Below are positions 1-7,878 of a stretch of DNA of 16,978 nucleotides, piece after piece. Both the position numbers and the translations under genes were made by a program. Source of the stretch: a virus (taxonomy: Duplodnaviria; Heunggongvirae; Uroviricota; Caudoviricetes). The number at the start of each line of letters is the position of its first letter. The stretch's first letter is position 1. The stretch is from IMG/VR virus record IMGVR_UViG_2778261643_000006; one strand, given 5' to 3'. A model generated the notes under the pieces. That model saw only the letters and a program-made list of their open reading frames with translations, did no database searches and was not told the DNA's origin.

Positions 1-1009
1 ACAGCTGCCCGGCAGTGACTCCGGCATAATGCCCCGTCAGCGACAACTGGCGGTTAAATTCTTCCCCCCCCTTCTGACCGTCATACCAGGCTTTACCCAG
101 ACCATAGACGGCCGCGGCAATACCGCCAATAACCCAGCCAAGCATCATGCCTTTCGGTGACATCAGTGTGTCTATCCATCCGGCACGGTTAGCCAGCGTT
201 ATCCCGGATCCCCTCAGCGCCCCTAAATTGCCGCGGGCCAGTTCACCTATCAGAACGCCTATCTCCTGGCGGGCTGCTGCACTTTTCAGACCCAGCGAAT
301 GCGTGGCTTTTCCTGCCTGCTCCATTTTGCGGATATACACTTCTGCAGCACTGCTTACCCCCAGCTGGGCTGCCTTAGCACGAAGCAACTCAGAAGATGA
401 AAGATTCAGGCGGGTTGCCTGCTCTTTAAGCTGACGGATAAACGCCACTTTCTGTCGGGTAGCCTCTTCCTCAGCCTGTGTAAGAACACGGGTTTTCGCA
501 GTAACCTCAGAAATCAGCGCCAGATAATCCTGCTGACCAATCCCGCCACTGTTTCTGGCCTGTCGGATCTGCTGCTGAATACGCTGTAATTCCTGCAGCC
601 CCGCACTGGCCTGTTTCACACTGTCAATCTGACGATAAAACGCAGCAGCCGCTTTATCCTGAGCCTCCGCCAGAGCCATGGCCTGCGCCTGTTCCTCGCG
701 CATTTTCTGACTCAGTGCCTCCATGCGCTGGCGGGTTTTCTCCACCTCGCGGGCCATGCGTTCATGAGCCTGTGCGTTCTTCTCCACCGTCTGCGTATGG
801 ACGGATGCGGCTGTTGCAGCCGAAGAAGCTGCCTGCGTTGTCTGCCGGGCGGCCTGAGTCTGACGCTCCATAAAACGCTGCATACGGGCAGAAGACCGTT
901 CTGCATCGCTGGCTGCACCATTCAGAAGGTTTTTGATACGGGGAATTTCATTTTTAAACTCTGCCGCATCAATCCCCAAATCAATGACCAGGTTGGCTAT
1001 CTGGTCCAT
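1..1009 (-). CDS. Tail tape-measure protein, N-terminal part (gene continues beyond the window start)
   Basis: Minus-strand frame is open from ATG at 1007-1009 (GGAGGTG about 6 nt upstream) to the window edge. Translation MDQIANLVIDLGIDAAEFKNE... resembles the lambda gpH N-terminus and contains a hydrophobic GWVIGGIAAAVYGLGKAWY segment. It sits directly downstream of G/T as in lambda. Absent from the ORF track because it runs off the edge. Confidence 0.8.
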   Translation of the reverse strand, partial: MDQIANLVIDLGIDAAEFKNEIPRIKNLLNGAASDAERSSARMQRFMERQTQAARQTTQAASSAATAASVHTQTVEKNAQAHERMAREVEKTRQRMEALSQKMREEQAQAMALAEAQDKAAAAFYRQIDSVKQASAGLQELQRIQQQIRQARNSGGIGQQDYLALISEVTAKTRVLTQAEEEATRQKVAFIRQLKEQATRLNLSSSELLRAKAAQLGVSSAAEVYIRKMEQAGKATHSLGLKSAAARQEIGVLIGELARGNLGALRGSGITLANRAGWIDTLMSPKGMMLGWVIGGIAAAVYGLGKAWYDGQKGGEEFNRQLSLTGHYAGVTAGQL

Positions 1010-1310
1010 AACGCACACCTCCGGAAATACCTTCCCCAAGATGCATCAGTTCTTCGTCCGTTCGCTCCGGTATCCCGTTCTCTTCCGGTAAAAGGCTGAA
1101 ATCAGCCACCGCAGCATCACTGCTGCCGGACACCATTCTCACGATCAATGCCTTCAGCGAGGCAAACTGCGCATCCATCCACACATCACTGAAGCTCTGC
1201 ATCCGGAAATAATCACCCCACTCACCAAGCTCAGTGGCCGACATTTCCGACAGCATCCGCCGCCAGTCTGCCCGCCGGAACTCCCGGGCAAGCCGCATGA
1301 CAAACTGCAT
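981..1310 (-). CDS. Tail assembly chaperone, T-frame segment (gpT-like), probably expressed only as a G-T fusion by -1 frameshift
   Basis: 109-aa ORF in the -1 frame relative to the upstream G-like gene, with the T frame open across the last codons of G. This is the conserved G/GT arrangement upstream of tape-measure genes. Confidence 0.7.
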   Translation of the reverse strand: MQFVMRLAREFRRADWRRMLSEMSATELGEWGDYFRMQSFSDVWMDAQFASLKALIVRMVSGSSDAAVADFSLLPEENGIPERTDEELMHLGEGISGGVRYGPDSQPGH

Positions 1311-1318
1311 TTCCCGCG

Positions 1319-1708
1319 TCAGGACTTTTCCGGCGTCAGCACCTCATGCTCCAAATCCCCGGCATTCTCAATGGCTCCCATACCGCTCAGCGACAGAACC
1401 ATCTCTGCCCCCGCACCCAGGGCATCATACGACCATGTTGTAATAACGGATGCGTAAAGCGTCTCAACATCCTGAGACTGTTCCGCATTCCACAGTGAGC
1501 GGGAAACCAGCCAGGCATTGATATCCATCCCCATCCGCAGAAAAGCAATCTGTCGTTCAGCCTCCGGCAGTTCTCCCTCCCCGGCATCAAACTTTGCCGT
1601 TCGCTGCTGAACAAACGTCAGATATTCAATTCTCTGCAGCCCGGACAGCTCACTGAGCACCACGGACTGTTTTTCATAATTAAACGTGTCCTGTTTCAGA
1701 AACATCAT
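1319..1708 (-). CDS. Tail assembly chaperone gpG-like
   Basis: Translation MMFLKQDTFNYEKQSVVLSELSGLQRIEYL... aligns with lambda gpG (MFLKTESFEHNGVTVTLSELSALQRIEHL...). Start re-assigned to ATG at 1706-1708 with GGTGGAG upstream; the ORF-track start at 1747 would overlap a terminator hairpin. Confidence 0.85.
   Translation of the reverse strand: MMFLKQDTFNYEKQSVVLSELSGLQRIEYLTFVQQRTAKFDAGEGELPEAERQIAFLRMGMDINAWLVSRSLWNAEQSQDVETLYASVITTWSYDALGAGAEMVLSLSGMGAIENAGDLEHEVLTPEKS
1325..1331 (-). other. Candidate -1 programmed frameshift site (G GAA AAG) for the G-T fusion
   Basis: The T frame is open for only about 24 nt upstream of the G stop codon (1319-1321). The only A-rich heptamer in that overlap is GGAAAAG, at the same relative position as the lambda GGGAAAG slippery site. 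P-site re-pairing would be imperfect (GAA to GGA). Confidence 0.45.
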
Positions 1709-1721
1709 GTTCTCCACCTGC

Positions 1722-1745
1722 AAAAAAGCCCCGAATAACCGGGGC
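1722..1745 (-). terminator. Rho-independent terminator downstream of the major tail gene
   Basis: On the minus strand: GCCCCG-GTTATT-CGGGGC hairpin followed by TTTTTT, between the V-like stop (1766) and the G-like start (1708). Confidence 0.6.
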
Positions 1746-1765
1746 AAATGATGAGTATCGTCCTG

Positions 1766-2509
1766 TTAACCTGCTGCGCTGACAGTCACCGCAGCCACAG
1801 CCACAAAATTCCCGTCAGCGGTCATGCCCACAATGCTGACACTGCCCTGCTTCACGCCTTTCACCGTGGCTACAAGCCCGTTCAGGGTCACCGTGGCAGT
1901 CTGTGGATCTGACGAATGCACACTGATCGCTTTGTCACTGGCTCCGTCAGGTTTTACTGTAAAGGTCAGCGTGGTGGTTGCTCCCACTTTTACACTGGCA
2001 GACGCCGGTGATACTGTCAGCCCGGTAACGCTCACGGTTTCAGTGCCTTCCTCTGCCAGATACGGACGCCCCACACCGCTGATTTTCACAGTGCGGGTCA
2101 TCACGTCTTTTGAGGCAATGGTTTTACCCAGTGAGCTCAGCCAGCCACGGAAAACATCAACAGTGCCGTTGGGATATTTGATACGAAACGCGCAGACTTC
2201 ACCGGAGTCGAACAACTGAACCAGTTTTTTCTGCCCGCTGTCACCCGGACGCCAGGCCAGCGTCGCCGAAGTATCACCAACGGATTTCTGCCCCTGGGTT
2301 GTCGTTTTCCAGTCTGCATCTTCATCATCGAGATAAGTGTCATCTTCTGCATCAGCGGTCATTTCGCCAGGTTGCAGATCCTTCACCATCGCAAGACGCA
2401 GCCAGTCAGTGTCCGACAAAGGGTTCGCAAACGCATCGCCGTTGCCGGTATACATCCAGAACGTCGTCCCCGCACCTTTCGTCTTTGCCAGTGGATTTGG
2501 TGTGGTCAT
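1766..2509 (-). CDS. Major tail protein (lambda gpV-like) with C-terminal Ig-like domain
   Basis: Translation MTTPNPLAKTKGAGTTFWMYTGNGDAFANPLSDTDW...YLDDEDADW...FRGW aligns closely with lambda gpV. Start re-assigned to ATG at 2507-2509 preceded by TTAAGGAGGT; the track start at 2584 is an N-terminal extension without SD. C-terminal TVSPASASV...TVTVSAAG resembles a Big_2 Ig-like domain. Confidence 0.9.
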   Translation of the reverse strand: MTTPNPLAKTKGAGTTFWMYTGNGDAFANPLSDTDWLRLAMVKDLQPGEMTADAEDDTYLDDEDADWKTTTQGQKSVGDTSATLAWRPGDSGQKKLVQLFDSGEVCAFRIKYPNGTVDVFRGWLSSLGKTIASKDVMTRTVKISGVGRPYLAEEGTETVSVTGLTVSPASASVKVGATTTLTFTVKPDGASDKAISVHSSDPQTATVTLNGLVATVKGVKQGSVSIVGMTADGNFVAVAAVTVSAAG

Positions 2510-2519
2510 TACCACCTCC

Positions 2520-2921
2520 TTAATTCGTGTACGTGATCTGGTACGTGATTTCCGCCATCGCCCAGGTGGCCATCTCATTATCACGTTGATAGTTAAAACC
2601 GAGTGGGATCAGGGTGTCGATGAGTCCGGAAAGTGCCGGTATATCATTCAGGGCAGGGAAAATGGTGCTCTCCATCCACATATCCAGCTCTGAATCCGGT
2701 GCCTGTGCCCGGATGAAGACGGCAATATGCAGAACAGCCTGCCAGTCATCTTCATCCGTCATTTTTCCGGTGTACTGAGCATCACTCAGCCACACCGCCA
2801 CGGCAGGCAGTTCCTGCGCATCAATAAATGCCGGAAGCCCGTCAAAAAACGTGGCGCTGTCTCCACACTGTTCCCGAAGGCGTGCCAGTACGGCCTGGCG
2901 GATTTGTGTATGTCGGTTCAT
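2520..2921 (-). CDS. Minor tail protein U-like (tail terminator)
   Basis: Translation ...HTQIRQAVLARLREQCGDSATFFDGLPAFIDAQELPAVAVWLSDAQYTGKMTDEDDWQAVLHIAVF...PDSELDMWMEST... aligns with lambda gpU. Start placed at ATG 2919-2921, which matches the lambda U N-terminus and overlaps the Z stop as ATGA; the alternative in-frame ATG is at 2933. Confidence 0.88.
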   Translation of the reverse strand: MNRHTQIRQAVLARLREQCGDSATFFDGLPAFIDAQELPAVAVWLSDAQYTGKMTDEDDWQAVLHIAVFIRAQAPDSELDMWMESTIFPALNDIPALSGLIDTLIPLGFNYQRDNEMATWAMAEITYQITYTN

Positions 2922-3496
2922 CGGGTCAGCCATAACCTCAGTTGTTGTTTCAGTGCATACCCCAGCTGTTTCGGCATTTCCGCAGCAATGATGTGGTCGC
3001 GGGCATCTTCAAATGCCTGTGTCAGCGGTCCGGACAGCGGGATTTTCACCACATCAATGGGGTAACGATTTTTGCCATCAATACGCCGCATCACATGCCA
3101 GCGACCATTCGCCAGTTGCTGAATAAACGCATCCCGGAAAAGATATTTACCCACCTTCAGCACACTGCCACGGTACTGCAGTTTTCCACCACGCCGGGCC
3201 AGTCTGACCCGGGCGGTCCCCAGCTTAATGGCAGGCAGATTGCCCCGGTTAACGCGGATCCTGGCCGTCATTTTTCCTGACGGACTGGCTTTAAACACCC
3301 GGACACGCTGACGTACCAGTTTCAGGGGTATCCCTTTCACCTGGTTATCTCCCGCAACGGTATTCCCGGCAACCTGCCGGGTGGCAACCGAGACCGCTTT
3401 CTGTGCCACACGGTTTATCGCCCATGCGCTGGCCTGTGGCACCATACGGGTATCAAGGCTGTTCAGATTGCGGATGGCATTCTCAAGCCCCTTCAT
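2918..3496 (-). CDS. Minor tail protein Z-like
   Basis: 192 aa, the same length as lambda gpZ, with strong similarity (ours FIQQLANGRWHVMRRIDGKNRYPIDVVKIP vs lambda FIQQLKNGRWHVMQRVAGKNRYPIDVVKIP). AGAGGTG precedes the ATG at 3494-3496. Confidence 0.9.
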   Translation of the reverse strand: MKGLENAIRNLNSLDTRMVPQASAWAINRVAQKAVSVATRQVAGNTVAGDNQVKGIPLKLVRQRVRVFKASPSGKMTARIRVNRGNLPAIKLGTARVRLARRGGKLQYRGSVLKVGKYLFRDAFIQQLANGRWHVMRRIDGKNRYPIDVVKIPLSGPLTQAFEDARDHIIAAEMPKQLGYALKQQLRLWLTR

Positions 3497-3507
3497 CCCA
3501 CACCTCT

Positions 3508-3783
3508 TTACTCAATAAAGATCATTGGCTTACCGTTAAAGCGTTCATGCCGTGTGACCGTCCAATGTTGTCCGTCATAAACAACGCGATCCCCGCGCCG
3601 TGGGCGGTATCCCGAAGAAAACACCACCAGAGAGACCGCAGGTCCGGACAGAGCATTCAGCTCTGCCAGTGTTTCTCCCGGGATCACAGTCATATCGACA
3701 TCATTAATCGAGGCTGTCTTTCCCATCTTTCTGACCGTGATCGCATCCATACGCGCTGCCAGCCGGGAAAAGGGATCAGACAT
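3508..3783 (-). CDS. Head-tail attachment protein (lambda gpFII-like)
   Basis: 91 aa; MSDPFSRLAARMDAITVRKMGKTASI...PRRGDRVVYDGQHWTVTRH parallels lambda FII (MADFDNLFDAAIARADETIRGYMGTSATI...LRRGDTLTIGEENFWVDRV). Position between head and tail genes. Confidence 0.7.
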   Translation of the reverse strand: MSDPFSRLAARMDAITVRKMGKTASINDVDMTVIPGETLAELNALSGPAVSLVVFSSGYRPRRGDRVVYDGQHWTVTRHERFNGKPMIFIE

Positions 3784-4099
3784 TGAGTTTTACCGGCACT
3801 TCTTCTGCACTGGTTCCGGCATCTGCCCAGACAACCCCGACCAGCGGATCAGAGCCGCTGTTAGTCAGCTGAACTTTTCCGGACTTCAGATAAACCTTCT
3901 TACCCGTTTTCATGTCATCCGTTTTCAGCTTAGGCAGCATAAACACACCTTCGGTCAGGACGTCGCCTGTTTCACCCTGTGGAATATCGGTCAGCGCCAC
4001 CGCAAAAACATCACCCACCTGCACCAGGTCTCCGCTGCTGATGGCTGCACTGGCAACAATCGCCACCGTTTTTCCTTCTTCTACAAAATTCTTTGCCAT
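3776..4099 (-). CDS. Small head-associated protein, DUF2190-like (putative decoration or capsid accessory protein)
   Basis: Translation from MAKNFVEEGKTVAIVASAAISSGDLVQVGDVFAVALTDIPQGETGDVLTEGVFMLPK... has the Gly/Val-rich pattern of DUF2190 proteins found next to major capsid genes. Start re-assigned to ATG 4097-4099 with GGAG upstream; the track start at 4144 lies inside the capsid terminator. Confidence 0.55.
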   Translation of the reverse strand: MAKNFVEEGKTVAIVASAAISSGDLVQVGDVFAVALTDIPQGETGDVLTEGVFMLPKLKTDDMKTGKKVYLKSGKVQLTNSGSDPLVGVVWADAGTSAEEVPVKLNV

Positions 4100-4140
4100 A
4101 ACTGTCTCCGCACAGCCCCGTTCAGGGGCTGATTTCAGGT

Positions 4141-4161
4141 ACAAAAAAAGCCCTTACGGGC
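4141..4161 (-). terminator. Rho-independent terminator downstream of the major capsid ORF
   Basis: On the minus strand: GCCC-GTAA-GGGC hairpin followed by TTTTTTTGT, between the capsid stop (4186) and the next start (4099). Confidence 0.65.
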
Positions 4162-4185
4162 CATCAGAATTGTTGTCTGCGACGT

Positions 4186-6213
4186 TTACGCCGTACATTT
4201 CACCAGACCGCGGTGATCAACTGGCGCGACACCGGCGTCAATACGCACTTTCGTTGTCACGCCATCCACACTGAAGCCCTCCATCTGATCAATATATGGC
4301 GTATCCACACCGTTGAGATAAGCCACTTCAATCGTATCGGAGCCTTTTGACGCAGCCAGGTAGAAGGTGGTCTGGCTGTTATCATCAAGACGAGGCTCTG
4401 CAATAACGGTCGCAAAATCTTTCACCGGGTTAATAATACCGGCGTTAATGTCAGCCCCCTTGACACTTGAGGAGCGAATGACCTGGTTAGCAACAGACTC
4501 CATCGCCGTCGGTACCAGTACGAACGCAGGACGAATATTCAGATGACGCTCCCCCTCTTTCTGAACGCGCATCAACTGGCGGGCTTTATCCAGCGATGCC
4601 ACGTCCATTGCAGCGCTCTCCAGTACGTTTGCATGTTTCGCTTTATCGAACAGACTTACATTATCTGTGGAGATTTTCGGGTTAGACGTCAGAATGGCAT
4701 AAACCAGATCGGCAATGGTGGATTTCGCCGCACGGCCCAGTTTCATCGGGACATCGGTCAGCATATTCAGATCATCATTGATAATGGCCTGACGGGTGAT
4801 ACTGAACAGCTCGCCATAGGTCGCCAGTGCAATAGTGGCCTGTTTATCTCCGGTGGTGACGTATTTATATTCCGCCCCTTCACGCACCTGACGCAGAGCA
4901 CTGAAGCCACCCATACCCACACGATGGGCAATTTTAAAATCAGACAACTGACCTTTCCGCGTCCACTGTTCATAGGTTTCAGGGGCATCTTCCCAGCCCT
5001 GCAGAATGGCTTTGTTCGCAACATCCAGCAGAATATTACCGAAGTCAGACGTACTGTGTGTGAACGCCGCACCGACCATCTGCATCGGGTTATAACCGGA
5101 AACCCCAATACCCCGTTCAGTTAGTGACATACGGGCATATTCACGCAGGGTCATCCCGTTGTAGACATTATCACGTTCGGTTTTTTCAAATCCGGCACGC
5201 GCCATCAGCGCCTGGCGGATCCCGTCCCCCACAAAATTACCGTTACCGGCATAAATATGAGCCGGGGTATTTTTATTGGATGGCGTGGACTCGCGCCCCA
5301 TCTCGTTCAACAGCTTTTCACGGGCCTGCTCCAGCGAACATTCAGGATCGGCAAGACACTGGGCCTGCAGCATCTGATAACGCCCGCCAAACATGGCAAA
5401 CAGATCATTAATACCGTTTACACGCGCTTTTTGCTCTGCCAGTACCTGCGCACGGATACTGTTTTCATCCACCACGGGTGCTGCTGCCTGCACTGGCGTC
5501 CGGGAGGCTGCAGGTTCATCATCCTGTACGCGTGGAGCACTGTTGCGTGGCGGAGTAATCATGTTTCGAATGGATTCCGGCATCTTTTTAAATTCCTCTG
5601 TACGTTTTGACTGAATACATGCCATTGCCTTAACGGCTGGTGTCACCTGATCAGCAAATCCCTGTGCCAGACATTCGGCACCGGACATCCAGGTCTCATC
5701 CGCCAGCATGGCAGCAATTTCATCGGTGGTTTTCCCGGTTTTCTGTGCATAAGCGGGTAACAGAACCGCCTCAACTTTATCGAGCAGGTCGGCATAGGTG
5801 CGCATGTCCTCCGCATCACCGCCCGTAAAGCCAAATGGTTTATGAATCATCATGAAGGAGTTTTCCGGCATAATGACCGGGTTTCCCACCATCGCAATGA
5901 CCGACGCCATTGACGCCGCCACACCGTCGACATAAACGGTAATGGACGCACCATGTGTTTTCAGTGCATTAAAAATGGCGATGCCTTCAAAGACATCGCC
6001 ACCCGGTGAATTGATATGGAGATTAATGTGGGTGATATCGCCCAGTGCATTCAGATCACTGATAAACTGCTTCGCTGTAACACCCCAGAAACCAATCTCG
6101 TCATAAATATAAATATCCGCGTCACTCTGGTGACCAGCCTGCATCCTGAACCAGGAATTATTCTTCGGACTGGTCGTCGGTGTGCTGCGGCTACTGTCGT
6201 TTCGTTGCGGCAC
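4186..6213 (-). CDS. Prohead protease (ClpP/S49-like) - scaffold-like linker - major capsid protein fusion
   Basis: One uninterrupted ORF. N-terminal part (DIYIYDEIGFWG...INSPGGDVFEGIAIFNAL...ASMASVIAMVG...MIHKP) looks like a ClpP-like phage prohead protease. A charged, Ala/Gln-rich middle segment is scaffold-like. The C-terminal roughly 330 aa looks like a major capsid protein, of a family not recalled with certainty. Start proposed at GTG 6211-6213 (AAGGAGG 5 nt upstream), overlapping the portal 3' end as lambda C overlaps B; alternative ATG at 6144. Confidence 0.75.
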   Translation of the reverse strand: MPQRNDSSRSTPTTSPKNNSWFRMQAGHQSDADIYIYDEIGFWGVTAKQFISDLNALGDITHINLHINSPGGDVFEGIAIFNALKTHGASITVYVDGVAASMASVIAMVGNPVIMPENSFMMIHKPFGFTGGDAEDMRTYADLLDKVEAVLLPAYAQKTGKTTDEIAAMLADETWMSGAECLAQGFADQVTPAVKAMACIQSKRTEEFKKMPESIRNMITPPRNSAPRVQDDEPAASRTPVQAAAPVVDENSIRAQVLAEQKARVNGINDLFAMFGGRYQMLQAQCLADPECSLEQAREKLLNEMGRESTPSNKNTPAHIYAGNGNFVGDGIRQALMARAGFEKTERDNVYNGMTLREYARMSLTERGIGVSGYNPMQMVGAAFTHSTSDFGNILLDVANKAILQGWEDAPETYEQWTRKGQLSDFKIAHRVGMGGFSALRQVREGAEYKYVTTGDKQATIALATYGELFSITRQAIINDDLNMLTDVPMKLGRAAKSTIADLVYAILTSNPKISTDNVSLFDKAKHANVLESAAMDVASLDKARQLMRVQKEGERHLNIRPAFVLVPTAMESVANQVIRSSSVKGADINAGIINPVKDFATVIAEPRLDDNSQTTFYLAASKGSDTIEVAYLNGVDTPYIDQMEGFSVDGVTTKVRIDAGVAPVDHRGLVKCTA

Positions 6214-7666
6214 TGCTGCCTCCTTTATCACTGGCCGGATCGGTATCAAATACCAGATCCAGCTTGCGGTTTTCATCAATTTCGGCCTTGCGCCGACGTT
6301 TGACATCATCCGGATTACGACCACCTGCACGTACCCAGTCTGATTCTGTCGCCGCTCCACCACGAATCTGAATTTTCCAGGCCTCAGCCTCCTTAACAGG
6401 GTCAATCCACGGCATCACCGGTCCGGAATACACCGCGGTATACAGTGAAGAACGGTCAAGATCGCGGGGTAGCCTGATAACACCGGATGCCACAGCCTGT
6501 TTCAGCCAGGCACGATACATCGGGCGGGTGACGGCACCAATAAACCAGTCCTGCAGGATCAGGTAGCCATCAGTGGATTCAACCAGCTCCTGACGCTGGG
6601 CGCTGTAAGTGCCGTTATAGTTGCGTGCCGTACTGGAAAAACTCAGACGACTGCCCGCCGCCACGGCACGCAACTGACCATTACGAAAAGTTTCAAGGTT
6701 AGGATTGGGACGATCCGACTTCACCATTCCGATTTCTTCGCCGGGTTTCAGATCGTCGTAAATAATGCCTGGCTGAATGGTAAGCTCGCGTTCCTTATCC
6801 TTGCTGCCATTACCATCCGGTTCATAGCTCTGCCCGTCGCCTTTCCGGATGTACATCCCCAGAGCAGCGGCGATCCTTGCTGCAGTCAGCTCAGAATCTT
6901 CATACTCTTTCAGGGCACTGAGGCGGATCAGCACACCGGACAACAAAGACGTCCCGCGCATCTGGTGCAGACGGCGAACAAATTTAAGATGCAGCATTCG
7001 CTCTGCATCCACTTCTTTGGTTTCCATCTGCCGTCCGGATACGGGACGACTTTTATACACCAGATATTTTTCGGGACGCCCCCAGTCATCAACAAACACG
7101 CCCTGATTCAGCCTGTTGCTCTCATCACTGGTCATGGGAATAAAGTCCGGCTCGAGTGCCTCCAGCCAGAAATGAACACCGGCAGAAGGCGTCAGGCTGT
7201 TTATGCGCCCGGAAACCATCTGGGCAAACACCTCACCATCGCGCAGCCAGGTACGCAGCATCAGACGTTCCAGCATCGGACGGGTAAACTGCCCGGTGAC
7301 TTCCGGGCTGACAGACCATTCACTCCATCGGATGCGAATCTCCGCAGCCAGGTCACGGGCAATGGCCCCATTGCGTAATACCGGATGTGGCTCGACAATA
7401 ATCCCGTTTTTCCCCACCACCCGTTCTTCCAGCTTGTCAAATACACCAATGACCAGATCGTGGTTGTTATCAAGGTAACGGGCCTGCTCACGTAACGACA
7501 CGGCCCCGTACTGGCTTAACTGGTCGGCAGTTCGGTTTTCCCGCCGGGCTTTGTGTGTCCGCGTCGTTTTTACGGCCTCATAAGCCTGGATCACCGCACG
7601 GGAACGCAGCCTTGCCGCTTTCCATCCTGGTGAAAAAACGCCAATCACATCATCAAGAATTGCCAT
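6191..7666 (-). CDS. Portal protein (lambda gpB family)
   Basis: About 490 aa ORF between terminase and capsid genes, with portal-like composition and position. Start re-assigned to ATG 7664-7666 (MAILDDVIGVFSPGWKAARL...), which overlaps the W-like stop as TGATG. Confidence 0.88.
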   Translation of the reverse strand: MAILDDVIGVFSPGWKAARLRSRAVIQAYEAVKTTRTHKARRENRTADQLSQYGAVSLREQARYLDNNHDLVIGVFDKLEERVVGKNGIIVEPHPVLRNGAIARDLAAEIRIRWSEWSVSPEVTGQFTRPMLERLMLRTWLRDGEVFAQMVSGRINSLTPSAGVHFWLEALEPDFIPMTSDESNRLNQGVFVDDWGRPEKYLVYKSRPVSGRQMETKEVDAERMLHLKFVRRLHQMRGTSLLSGVLIRLSALKEYEDSELTAARIAAALGMYIRKGDGQSYEPDGNGSKDKERELTIQPGIIYDDLKPGEEIGMVKSDRPNPNLETFRNGQLRAVAAGSRLSFSSTARNYNGTYSAQRQELVESTDGYLILQDWFIGAVTRPMYRAWLKQAVASGVIRLPRDLDRSSLYTAVYSGPVMPWIDPVKEAEAWKIQIRGGAATESDWVRAGGRNPDDVKRRRKAEIDENRKLDLVFDTDPASDKGGSSAATKRQ

Positions 7667-7878
7667 CAGAACCTCGCCAGCCGGTACCCGGGATGCCCCC
7701 GTCGTCGTGTAATCAGAGCCGCAAGGCGGCGCTCCCACTCCTGCCGCCCCTGCCGGATCTCAGATAAGTTTTCCATGGTCATCTGCTGACCATTAAAGGT
7801 GACGGATTTTCCGTCCAGCACCGCCATTTCAGCTTCCGTATAACGCTGAATCATGGCTTCGATATCATTCTGGTTCAT
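7666..7878 (-). CDS. Head-tail joining protein (lambda gpW-like)
   Basis: About 70 aa with C-terminal ...ITRRRGHPGYRLARF, resembling the lambda gpW C-terminus (...TQRRRGPAGFYV). Start at ATG 7876-7878 with GGAGG 6 nt upstream, overlapping the terminase stop as ATGA. Confidence 0.75.
   Translation of the reverse strand: MNQNDIEAMIQRYTEAEMAVLDGKSVTFNGQQMTMENLSEIRQGRQEWERRLAALITRRRGHPGYRLARF

Noticed and set aside
147-1099. Plus-strand ORFs 147-434 and 764-1099, and minus-strand ORF 712-921
   Set aside because: They lie within or antisense to the tape-measure gene, whose frame is open and lambda-gpH-like. Their translations are Arg/Cys/Pro-rich, typical of out-of-frame reading of GC-rich coding DNA, and lack RBS.
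4543-5614. Plus-strand ORFs 4543-5124, 5124-5411, 5257-5610 and 5393-5614, and minus-strand ORF 4767-5108
   Set aside because: All are embedded in or antisense to the 2-kb protease-capsid ORF, with low-complexity or Cys/His-rich translations and no RBS.
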